Made by a program: the position numbers and the translations under genes | Notes under the pieces: generated by a model | Databases searched by the model: none | Seen by the model: the letters and a program-made list of their open reading frames with translations, nothing else | What the model was told of the DNA's origin: nothing | Part shown: in pieces, positions 41,816-53,617 of the stretch | Layout of the letters: each line of letters begins with the position of its first letter | Position numbering within the stretch: position 1 is the stretch's first letter | Assembly (NCBI GenBank): GCA_002633005.1 | Contig: NMRA01000587.1 | Coordinates: 62,001 to 126,000, forward strand | Direction of reading: 5' to 3' | Origin: Phoronis australis | Lineage: Eukaryota > Animalia > Phoronida | Length of the DNA: 64,000 bases

Positions 41816-44106
41816 ATGAAATTGGTAAGAAATGTTTATGTTGATTTTTCTTTTTAAGCTTATATTATAACCAAGAATTTGTTCGTCGTGTCGAGAAGAA
41901 AACATTTTAAAATGGCAATTTTAATCTTCCTGCCTTGAACTGTCATTAACCAAGTTTATTTTTTGATTAAAACATCTCTGCTTCATGTATGACGCAGTCA
42001 CGTTGATAGCTTTAGCTAACTTGAAGTTAACGGAAAACAATTAGAACAAACCTCCCACAAGAGTAATTTCTAACAGCAATAACTTTTGAAAATTAAAATA
42101 CTTCACATTCTTAAAGGAATATGATTGTAAGTTGCATTTTTAAACAAATGACTTCCTATAGTTTTTCTCAAAGTTAAAATTTACTTTGAATTCGCTTGAA
42201 TACTCTAAATCTGTTCTTACATATTTAGAGAAAAAAGATTATTTTCAGAAACCGACGGATAAATAGAATCATTTTAAAAATAAAATATCTACTCCCAAAA
42301 GATTTTCAGCCGTCACACAACTGGCAACGCAAGTTACTCGCTAGTGGAACCTGGCTAGGTCACGTGCTTTGCTTGTAATGCGCGTTGAGAAACTAGACCA
42401 ACGGAACGTACAGTAGCCTATGGTCGCGTCATCTACAGACGCAAGACACTCGCGAAGTGCAACCACGTGCTTCGCTTGCCATGTGTCGCGAAGACTTGCG
42501 TGGTCACGTTTTTCTCATAAAAATGCTCTAAGAAACGGTGTCAAGGTTACGCGATTGTTATTATCAACAGTCAAAAAATAATCCGTGAATCCGTATGAAA
42601 TAGTCCGAGCTCAAAAATTGTGCGACTGGGTCGGGTTATTTAATGAACATGTGAAGTTTGCCAATCTAGAATGTAATATCTATGTAATTAATTTCATTTA
42701 ATCGCAAATTTACGCATTATCATTATTATAACCTATCCATTCGTTGTTCGTGCACTTGGCTTGACTGCTTGAGAATAAATATGAATTAAACAGTACGTCT
42801 AGTTTAAGGAATTAAACAGTACGTTTTGCCCAAGTTAGAGGTGGCGACTAAGTACAGTCAGCAAAAAACTAACTGAATATTTGAATACAAAATACAACAG
42901 TCGCACTTGGCGGACGACCGAGTAGGCTTGACTAAACAGTCTTAACAAATCGCGATATCCTAAACCCAGTATTAATCTAAGACAAGGTATGATACACTGT
43001 AAAAACTCATGGCAAAGCAAAATAACTGCTTTGTGCTAGAGGTACATAATGTTTCTTTTGAGTCAATATTTTAAAAATGAAATACATTTTGATTTTCTTT
43101 TTTTGTCTAAAAATGAAAATTATTTCAATTTGTTATGTCGCCTGAAGGCAGATGTTACTTCAAATGCAGTTTGCTTCATTCTTAAACGTTGAGCCGAGGT
43201 ATTCTTTGTGCCTTTTTTCTTACTTTTATCAAACGCATGCCCCTGATGGAAGCGTGTCACAATTAATAGGTATGTCCTCGCAGACCAATACCAGCTACTC
43301 AGTGTTGACTTATTGAATAAGTGTTTCAGTAACTGACTTTTGAAGTGCATGTCATTTTTAGATCTTCGTATGCGCTGTCCTCTCGCTCCGAAACGGACAA
43401 ACCCAAGAACGCAGACGACCATAAGGTTGCTGAGCAGAAGAAATTGTATCCGGGGACTTGTCCGGTCTACAATAGGCGCTTTATTTTATATCTCCGAATT
43501 GAAGTGAAACTTTACCGCCTCCGCCATGTACACTGTATACCTAAGTCACGAGTGTCGTTACAATGGGTAAGTAAGGTGTTTTAAAACAAGAGTAAGTTGA
43601 ATCTCCTTAGCAACTAGTAAAAACATGAAACGGTCATTTTACAAGGCATTCTGCTCGATGCGTTTGGTACATGTTTTTCCATTGTGCTATTTTTAGTGCA
43701 ACTGTCACGCCAAGTGTAGTTCAGTTGCTCTGATAACAGCGTAGCTTTGAATAACATTGTCTCGCTGAAAAAATTAGTACGTTGGTATTTGCTCCTTCCG
43801 GGCCACAATTTGACAAAAGTTTATCGCTAGCACCTGACTGTCCAACACATCCTTAATTGAAATCTAATTTATGCAAATTAGCCGACAAATTGTGTGGGGA
43901 TTGGTCGTACACTACAGAGCATTATCTCATATGGACTTAAATGGTTCGTTTGTTATTTTACTTACAGAATACAATGCAAATGGTCCTATAGGCCGGGAAA
44001 ATGTTAAACTCGCCGGTACCGAATCCACACCACCGCCTATTCTTTCTCAACTCGCAAATGGTACAGAGTTTGGTTCATCAATCCAAGATGTTGCTGTGCC
44101 GCTTGA
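41816..44106 (+). pseudogene. Pseudogenised copy 2 of the cationic cystine-knot-like prepropeptide
   Basis: Exon remnants 41816-41824, 43362-43565 and 43968-44106. A 206-nt frameshifting deletion relative to copy 3 removes most of the signal and pro region (reads MKLIFVCAVLSLRNGQTQERRRP*). Also KR to KK, a 7-nt insertion near 43531 and an in-frame TAA at 44005-44007 (TAC in the other copies). Confidence 0.9.
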
Positions 44107-45608
44107 ACAGAATTGATATGCCGACACCACGCCTAGCCAAAAGTATCACCGATCGCAAGAAATCTATTATTCTTCTTAATAACATTTTCGTTTAATGTCC
44201 AGTTGTCATGCATGTATTTTCAGCATGTGCCACAAAATAAACATACAACAGCTTTCAGTATTATTTGCGAACTGTGTATCAAAGCCAAGGATTGTTTTGT
44301 GAAAAAACTAAGGTCGCATGAACGTAAAAAATCCAAACTTTGGTGGCAACGGTTACCACGTAGTACTTCCTCCTTGTTGCAGATGATTGTTAGTTCTTCG
44401 TGTAACTCAATCACAATAAAACCAGTTTCATTTGCACCACGTTGTAGTATTCATTTTAACTTGAACAAGTAATGAATGACAAACGTAATATCCCTATCTA
44501 GTAAATCAGATACCATCCTGGATTGGTGGATCCAATATTTGGGGGAAAGGGTCACCCTTTCAAACGAGAGCACCGTATTTCGTACGAAAACACATACATG
44601 TAAAAACACAAGGTGTCATTTAATATCATAACAACTTTAAATTGCAGAAATAGACTGCAAATGCGTTGAAAAACTGTAATCTCTCTAAATGGAAACTGAG
44701 TAAACCATACGGTATTTATATGTTTACATGTGTGAAATATAAATATTAGAACTTGAATCATGAAATCAAATGGATTATTTCCTTTCCGCAAAAATCATTG
44801 TGTTGCCTTAAACATGTTACTGAAGGATTTTTATTTTGGGAAGAACTTTAAAAATCTGGGATTATCATATGCGACACGCATTTCTCGGGATGCAGGGAGG
44901 AGTTTGACCGTTAAAATATAGCAACATTTCAAACCCAAACACGAGCAGAGCATCTTCTTGAGTTGTTCAGTGCTCTTTTCACTCATTACCATTCTTGCAA
45001 AAGCCACATAGGGCATCCTGATGGGTTAAAGCCCCAAAACAGTCCATTTTAGCGACACTCGATACGAATGACACAACATACATGTACGGGAAAATGTCGG
45101 GGGCGCTCGTAAAGCTATTTGCCTGTGAGTTTGGCGATATCAACCAAGCAGGCACGTGAACTTAACCGTACTCAGTACAGCTACGTGTACGCTAGCAAAA
45201 TGACTGCAACAGAAAAACTGGGTGGCTATGTAAGATAAAACGGAACGATCGACGACTGGGTTTGTTTCTAGAAGGGACTAGGTGATTTCCAATATCGTTT
45301 GGAACACTTCAGGGCATTTTTCATTACCTTTAATTTACCCAGGGAAGTATTTTATACATAGAGTGTATATCTGCACAAGATCAGTTCCTGGTTGGGGCTA
45401 AACGTTCCTAAATTCAATGGGAGAACGTCGGGTATTTTTATCGATTCAAATTTCCACTCAAACGTGTTTCGTGTCTACCGCTGCACATGGGCGGACTGCA
45501 GTCGCACGGCGAAATAAGTGTCTTTCAAACTGGACAATGATTGGCCGTACAATGAAGTTCGCACATGCGCAGATATGGAACACCTCTGTCACGGTACTTC
45601 ATAAGCCT

Positions 45609-45750
45609 GGCGTGCGTTCAGTAGACGCTAGGACCTACGCTAGGACCTAGCTAAAACCTGGTCAAAGTCACGTGTTCTTATTTAAAATACACGGTAATAT
45701 CTCTCGTAATCTCGCGAAGTCTTGCTTTTTAGCGTTACTGAACGGGAGGC
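45609..45750. mobile_element. ~140 bp MITE-like insertion, same family as 2204-2355
   Basis: Near-identical to 2204-2355. Absent at the paralogous site ~38066-38085 (catcagcctggattttctta). Confidence 0.85.
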
Positions 45751-48289
45751 TGGATTATCTTACTTAGAGATGGGTAATGTTTCATGCTATGTGATTACGT
45801 GCATCTGTAATACAGTCACTTCTTCTACACTTTGGTAGTATTGCAAAAATTATCGTTGTGCACTGTTATTTAGGCCATAATACCTCGTTTAAGCATCAGT
45901 TTTAAAGAGGAAAACGTGAAAGCTGAGAAAATTCCTCATGCGGCAATGTCACAGATTTTATGCGCCAGATATCATTGTGAAATACGCGAGTTACTTAGCG
46001 TGTGATAGCGTCCGGTAACAATAGGGTCACCACGGATTACACCGCGCGACACTCGAATCTTGCTTTTATTACCCACAAAAGGCGCACACATCCGTCAGCA
46101 TGTTTGCTGCCTTGTTTTCGTGCCTATTGGAGTTCCACATGTTGTTTATAGTTGTTTGATTCCTTGGAAGATTTTCTCTGCGGCATTACTCCATTCGTCC
46201 TTCCAGTGTCAACTGGGTTTCACTGATGTGCTGTGAGCTACAACTTCGGCGTGAAAAAGTTTGATAACTTCACAATACTAGTGGATGCATGATTTGACTG
46301 AGTTCTTCGTCTTTCTGACATCAATGCGAGACACGAAAATGCGAAGTGAGTGGGTAAACAAGTTCGTCGGGTTAATTTCGAGCCGAACAGAATTCCCTTT
46401 CTTGAAGAAAACCGTTCAATTTTGGTTTGAACGGCTGAAATCAAGAATATGTCCACGGCCCCTCGCCAACTTCCAACATGATTTGCGAAAATGTGCCTGA
46501 TTTCCAAAACGATGTCACGATCCTTTTTAGATCCGCGACAATGGAGAGTTCTATCGTCATGAAATCCGGGGCGGCCTTATTGTCTCGTGCGTTGGCCCAA
46601 TGAGGGAGTCAAGTGACGTCGACACCAAAATAAAATGGACATGATGAAAAGTTTTGCGTCTGTAAGGAGGTTTCAATACGACTGCATTGGAGCATTAAAA
46701 TCAAAATTGTTTCATCATTTTCACATTCGGCGTTAACTCTTCCGAGTTAAGATTAGGCAGAAAAAATTGGTAAATAATTCAAGAATTTACGACCCTTCGC
46801 CCTACGCTTGACATAATAAAATCCACAAAAATATTGGCCCTCTAATGACGAAATTGAATAATAATGCAAGTGCAAAGTTTTTTCGTTGTGAATGTTCACT
46901 TTGTTTCCAAAACAATACCTTATACATCTCTATTATTCCTCAATAACAATCACACACACAAACACACAGAGGAAAACATTTTCTCTCTGAGGCTACAGCC
47001 GATGCTTACGTAGAGAAGAAACCAATCACTTTTGTTGAAATTCAACATCTTTCCCCTTTTGTTGATAATAATATTTTTTTCATCCTACAGTACATTTTCA
47101 ATTCGCTTTTAAAATCTGGAAAATATGGAGGTTCATAATAACAATATTTTAGCCGATAAATTACTTAAAGTTGACGATTTCATTAGAAAATTCACTTTTG
47201 CCAAAAATACAGATCAATGTTTTTTGTGCTACGAATTGCGTTATTTATTTTATCGCAAAATACACTAACATGTAGAGTTGGACAAAGCCAATAGATATGT
47301 TGAATGCTCCATGGTTCCTTTTGTACAGAAGGTACACATATCCGACTGGGAAATGAAAACACGTCTTCAAAAAATATTCGTGATTTATAACCATCTCAGT
47401 CGCATATTATTTGCACAAAGTACATAGCTTTTATAAATTATTTGCCACACTGTAATCCACACAGTGATCTCTAAATAGTCTTACACTTGTCTAATGCTTT
47501 CGATTTTTGAAGTAACCTTTTAAAATAAAAAAATCCTATATATTTCGTGTTCCTTTCGAATTTGAGCATAGAATCTTTCAAATAGGAGGAATAATCGGTG
47601 ACCAAATGTTTACATTTAAAACTGAATTACTTAAAGAGTTATGCTTAATACAAATTTTAAGACCACAATATCTAGTAAACACACTTGGCTTAAAATTAAT
47701 CTTTCCATTAATTCATTACATATTATTAACTTACCATTTTCGACAAAAATCATTTAAAAGTCTAATACCATCATAGTTCCATTTAGATAAAAAGAATAGT
47801 CTCCTCTTAATGATTTTCCGTATCCAGTAAATACGAATTTTGTAAAATTTCTTTCCATGTCGAATGATGATCCTTGCCACTTTTAACGGATTTCATGAAA
47901 TGCTTGTGCACATTTGATGTTAACTGAATGTGCCGTTTATTGAAGTTTACAGCAATTTTCGTATTTGCAGCCATCTTTTATTATTTTACTGTTGAACACC
48001 AGCTGCTCTAGGTTTTCTTTTCATCAAATATAAATCCAAAAAAATTACAAGTATACTCCAAATAATAGTTACAAAGTAGGAAAGGGGGCAAGAGTATGGT
48101 GACATATTTCCCCGAAGGTGGGTGTTTTTCGACCAGCTGCTGCTGGCCCACCGTGTGGAGAGATCCTGAGCTTAATGGGCCGAAATCTTGAGGAAGCACG
48201 GCGCTCAGCTGACGATTGCAGTTGGCCGTGGAGCACAACCATCTATCTCTGTGTATTTAATTCTACTGAATGAAGTACGACTACAAATA

Positions 48290-49095
48290 GCAAGGGGGAA
48301 TGTATTGAAGTAGTCCGCACAAAAGTGTGTAAATAAATTTTAAATTTTCCCAGCGCAGCAATTTTATCAACTGTTAGAGGTGATATGGGTCGTTACTCCT
48401 TGATTGCATACCAACTTCCTAGAATTGTGAAATATCGGCTAAAACTATTAAAAACCGATGCATCAAAAATTACATATCTTTGCTATGAATGGCAGTACAA
48501 TATGACGGAAAATGTTGATAAACCTTGCTGGGTTAATTATGTTAAGAAATTGCTATTTCATTTTGGTTTTGGAGAAGAATGGGACAATCAGGGTGAAGGT
48601 TCCGAGACAAGCTTCATATCACTTTTTAAACAAACATGCCGGCAAAGATATTCCTGAGCAAAAACTGGCAAGAAATTTTCAGCAATTCGAACAAACTGGA
48701 AACTTACAGAACTTTTAAGTTAAACATATATTTTGTAAATTATTTAGAAGTAATTGAAATGTAAATGTTAGATCTGATATGGTAAGATTGAGATGTTCAG
48801 TGCATGCACTAAAAATTGAAAAAGTGTAGACAATTGAAACTTAGCACACCAGAAAGATTATGCCCTCTCTGTGTTAGGCTATGTGTCGAGTCAGAATATC
48901 ATTTTGTTACCGAATGTCAATTCTACGATGAACTTAGGAAACGGTATTTGCCTGCATGGAGCTACAACAACCCCAATGTTGCAAAATTCAACAGACTCAC
49001 GACTATGGTAGAGTTTGACACCTACCTGTAATATATTTGATTGTTTGATTGTAACAACGACCGGAGGTCTAGTTATTGAATAAAAATATTTATAT
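48290..49095 (+). mobile_element. 5'-truncated, degenerate non-LTR retrotransposon 3' end (ORF2 C-terminus, RTEX-like)
   Basis: Broken ORFs with VRGDMGRYSL...VKYRLKLL...WVNYVKKLLFHFGFGEEWDNQ and ERLCPLC...VESEYHFVTECQFYDELRKRYL (CCHC motif of LINE ORF2 C-termini). AATAAA and AT-rich tail at ~49079-49097. Absent at the paralogous site ~39270-39300. Clade call is tentative. Confidence 0.85.
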
Positions 49096-50374
49096 ATAGT
49101 TGTGTGAGATTGCTGCGCTTCAACTCATCTCTTTGTCAGGCGCACCAACTTTGGAAAGGATACAATAGTTGTTTAATGATTTATGTATCATAACACGAAC
49201 TGCTTTAGGCCTGGACAGAGTTCACTTAGTGAGCGGCATCTCTTTCACAGCGCTGGTTCTCAATGACAAAATTTTACAGGAGTACATGTAGACTTCTTAA
49301 AGTTATTAGCACGGACCAGACTAAAACTACAAAATCGTGGTGTTTTTATGATTCAATTACAAATCGTCTATTCTCGTCGATGTCTGCCAGACATTTGCTG
49401 AAATCATGACTGCTGTCTTTGCCCTTAGAATACTGTTATACAACTGATCGTGGGTTTTGGCTCAGCGGCAAAAAAGTTGGCTGCCCTGGCTGACCAAGAG
49501 GCTTCACTTCCGTGCTCTTCTACTCGAGTGCGTAGCTTAACTTTTCTCGCCGTGTATGTACGTTAGTGAAACATTTGATCTTGTGCTCCGCATAACTATT
49601 CCCGAAGAATAACAAAACCTTACTTAAACAAAAGTACAGTCTCCGAGATGTCAATGTCATTAAAATCTTTGGTCAATTTACACCAATCTTATTTTGGCAT
49701 GGTGTTTCGGTAGGTCATTTCACCGGCCAACTTCAAGTGTTAAAGATGTATTTGCATGCTCCTAACTATGCTAATGTATAGCAGGAACTAAACGGCAGTG
49801 CTATTTGAACACAATCTGCGCTAAACAAAGTGCAGTTGTATTCACTGACAACTTTGTGAAAACAATAAGTTCTGCAAATAGGTGACCTTTGCACTAATGA
49901 CGAACATTGCAGGCCCGTATAGCCGGCATCATTCAGTGCTTTACTTACTGGGCACGGTTGAGTGATTTTTGGAGCTACATTATCGCCACTAAAGTAGTTC
50001 TTAAAAATAATCGTCAATTTTCAAACTACTTCACAGTCACATCGTCGCTATATGTCGTGTTTCTAACTAATTTGCCCAGCAATCACAGAGATAAGGAATT
50101 AGCGTTCAAGTTCCACTTGAAAGCGTTCTTAGAAGAACGCACACGTGTGTATGGTACACTCATAGAGGGCTCTTGGATTGCAGGAAGCCAGAAGTACGTT
50201 TAAGATAAGCAAATGTAACAATACCGCACGAGAGAATGTATATTTACACTGTAGCGCGAGATCATCACGGTCTGTTCACTCCAGCAAAACAAATTGCGCA
50301 ACCACACTAACTCACTGACCGCAAATGTGAAATACTTAAACAAAACAAGGAAAGTAACCCGATGTTTTTCAAGG

Positions 50375-50533
50375 GTGACTGAATCTTGCGAAATTGCGAA
50401 ATAATTTTTCGGGGACAATTCCTCATCGTAGCGGGTCGACCAGAACAGCGCATCTCTATAAATTTGAGACCTCTGGTTAATTCAACCAGTCTCTCATACC
50501 GACTAATTAAAGAGCTTCACTTCATTGAGCAAG
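50375..50533 (+). promoter_or_regulatory. Promoter of copy 3: tandem C/EBP-like sites, kappaB-like site, TATA
   Basis: TTGCGAAATTGCGAAAT 50386-50402, GGGGACAATTCC 50411-50422, TATAAAT 50457-50463, about 75 nt before the ATG. Confidence 0.6.
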
Positions 50534-51558
50534 ATGAAATTGGTAAGAAGTGTTTATGTTGAGTGTTCTTTTTAAACTTAATATATTATAAACTAGAATT
50601 CGTTCATGTCTAGAAGAAAGCATTTTAAACCGGTAATTTTAATCTTCCTGCCTTGAATTTTCATTAACCAAGTCTAATTTTTGATTAAAACAACTCTGCT
50701 ATGTACGTAGTCACGTTGACAGCTTTTAGCTAACAATTTGATGTTAACGGAAAACAATTAGAACAAACCTCCCACGAGAGGAATTTCTAACAGCAATAAG
50801 TTTTAAAAAATGAAATGCTTCACATTTTTAAAGGATTTTTACCGACTTGCTTTTTTAAACAAACGACTACTCATAGTTTTTCTCAAAGTTAAAATTTAAA
50901 TTGAAACAACCGTGGACGAATTCGCTTGAATACTCTTAAGATGTTTTTGCCAATTTAGAGAAATAATTATTTTCAGAAACCGACGGATAAATAAAAACCT
51001 TTCAAAATAAAATTTCTACTCCCAAAAGTTTTTCAACCGTCACACAACTTGGTAACGCAAGTTACTCGCTAGTGGACTCTGGTTAGATCACGTGCTTTGC
51101 TTGCAATGTTCGAGAGTATCTCACAAATAATTGCTCTGAGAAATTTAAGACCAACGAGCGCAGCCTATGATCGCGTCATCTACAGACGCAAGACACTCGC
51201 GAGTAAACGAAGAACAACCACGTGCTTCGCTTGCCATGCATCACGAGAAGTCGCGAAGACTTGCGTGGTCACTTCTTTCTCACAAAAATGCTTTACGAAA
51301 CGGAGTCAAGATTTACGCAACTTGTTAGTAACAGCAGTCAAGAAATAAGCCGTGAATCCGTATGAAATTGTCCGTGCTCAAAATTTGTGCGACGGAGTGT
51401 GAATATTTAATAAACATGCGAACTTTGCCAATTTAGAATGTTATATCTATGTAGTGAATTTCATTTAATCGCCAATTACGTATTATTATTATCATTATTA
51501 GAATTATTAGAATTATTATTATTATTACTATTATTATTACTATTACTATTACTATTAC

Positions 51559-51604
<46 letters not shown>

Positions 51605-53180
51605 ACCTTTCCACTCGTTGTTCGTGCACTTGAATGCTTGAGCACGTTGTACTAAGGATAAAAATGAATCAAACAGTGTGTCTAGTTAAAGGAATTAAAC
51701 AGTACGTTTTTGCCCAAATTCGAGGTGGCGACTAAGTACAGTCAGCAAACAACTAATTAAATTAAATATTTGAATACGAAATGCAACCGTCGCACTTGGC
51801 GGATGACCGTGTAGGCTTGAATGAACAGTCTAAACAAATCGCGATATCCTAAACCCAGTATTAATCTAAGAACAGGTATTAAAACCACTCATGGCAAAGA
51901 AAAATAATTGCTTGGTGCTAGTAGTACATACATATTTCTTTTGGGTCCGTGTTAATAAATGAAATACATTTTGATTTTCTTTTTTTTTTCTAAAAATGAA
52001 ACTTATTTTAATTAGTTATGTGGTCTTAAGGCAGAAGTTACAGCTTACTTCATTCGTAAACATTTATTGAAGGACTTGAGCCGAGGTATTTTTTGTACGT
52101 TTTTTCTCACGTTTATCAAACGCGCGCCCCTGACGGAGGAGAGTCAGAAAACATGTACAAGCAGAACAATGGCAGCTACTCAGTGTTGGCTTAGTGAATT
52201 AGTGTTTCAGTTACTGACTTTCGAAGTACATGTCTTTTTAGATCTTCGTATGCGCTCTCCTGGCTTGTGTAGCCGGCCTGCTCCAAGCTGGTGATGCCAC
52301 GAAGTACGACATCCAGGATGGTAATGTCGATGATACAAATCCCAGCGCACGTTCCTTAGACAAGGAGGAGGTGGTTGAGGCAGGCGAAGAAGATGCTGAG
52401 TCAGATATCAATGACCGGTCATTCGAGGATTCGGTTGAAGAGGACGACGAGGAGTTCGAGCTGTCCTCTCGCTCCGAAACTGACAAGCCCATCAACGCAG
52501 ACGACCAGAAGGTTGCTGAGCAGAAGAGATTATATCCGGGGAATTGTCCGGTCTACAAAAGGCGCTTTATTTTGTATCTCCGAATTGAAGGGAAACTTTA
52601 CCGCCTCCGCCATGTATACCTAAGTCACCAGTGTCGTTACAATGGGTAAGTAAGGTGTTTTAACCCAAGAGTAAGTTGAATCTCCTTAGCAACTAGTAAA
52701 AACGTGAAATGGACATTTTACAAGGCATTCTGCTCAATGCGTTCGGTACATGTGTACATTGTGTTATTTTTAGGGTGTGTGCCGAGTGTTGTCCAGTTGC
52801 TCTGACAACAGCATAGTTTGGGAATAACATTTTTCTCGCTGAAAAAAATAGTACGTTGGTGTTTGCGCCTTGCGGACCATAATTTGACAAAAGTTTATCG
52901 CTAGCACCTGACTGTCAAACACATCCTTAATTGAAATCTAATTTATCCAAATTAGCCGACAAATTGTGTGAGGATTCGTCGTATACTTCAGAGCATAATC
53001 TCCAATGGATTCAAATGGGTTGATTGTTTTTTTACTTACAGACGAACGTGCAAAAGGTCCTATAAGCCGGGAAAATGTTACACTCGCCGATACCGAATCC
53101 ACACCATCGCCTATGGTTTCTCAACTCGCAAATGGTACAGAGTTTGGTTCATCATTCCAAGATGTTGCTGTGTCTTTTAA
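50534..53180 (+). CDS. Secreted prepropeptide copy 3 (183 aa): signal peptide, acidic propiece, KR, cationic 7-Cys cystine-knot-like domain
   Basis: Exons 50534-50542, 52242-52645 and 53042-53180, GT-AG, 552 nt. Mature region LYPGNCPVYKRRFILYLRIEGKLYRLRHVYLSHQCRYNGRTCKRSYKPGKCYTRRYRIHTIAYGFSTRKWYRVWFIIPRCCCVF. All indels versus copy 1 preserve frame. Confidence 0.88.
51482..51603. repeat. (ATT)n/(ACT)n microsatellite in intron 1 of copy 3
   Basis: About 40 trinucleotide units. The paralogous site in copy 2 (~42716-42730) has only cattatcattattat. Confidence 0.95.
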
Positions 53181-53247
53181 AGCGGCTGCTGAAGAACAAA
53201 AGTGATATGCGAACACCATCGTTATGCATAGCCAAATGTGAATGAAA

Positions 53248-53313
53248 NNNNNNNNNNNNNNNNNNNNNNNNNNNNNNNNNNNNNNNNNNNNNNNNNNNNN
53301 NNNNNNNNNNNNN
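53248..53313. other. Assembly gap (N run)
   Basis: 66 consecutive N directly after the copy 3 stop region. Confidence 1.
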
Positions 53314-53617
53314 ATGGGGGGAGGTCGGGAGGGGGGTTTGCCTCTAAAAATCAAGCATTTTCCTTGATTCCTGAAGTATTATCCAAGAAAAAAAGGCAAA
53401 AAAAAAAAACACTGAGAACGTGTCAAACAGGAAAAAAATGCACGTCTCAATGAGTCGAACTCATGAGCTGGCGGATAGAGCGCACGTATTTTACCACTAC
53501 ACCATCACGACTTAGCTACAACTCTCATAGTTACTAAAAGACTTACTTGTTTATGGGCCACAGCGTTTGCGCGCGAAACCTACTTCTTTTTGGGCCCCTC
53601 CCCTAAATCTGCCTATG
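53314..53617 (-). mobile_element. Second, internally deleted copy of the hAT-like element with tRNA-derived module
   Basis: Reverse complement begins CATAGGCAGATTTAGGGG, then matches 28595-28830 (ttcgcgcgcaaacgctgtgg...gcgctctatccgccag...gagttcga...cttggataata...caggaatcaaggaaaa). Confidence 0.75.

Larger units (their letters stand above)
33145..53247 (+). repeat. Tandem segmental triplication, unit ~7.9-8.7 kb, third unit truncated by assembly gap
   Basis: Start codons at 33916, 41816 and 50534. Collinear homologies 36380-38390 vs 44120-47030, 38520-40195 vs 47240-49983, and 40923-43970 vs 49980-53042. Confidence 0.92.
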
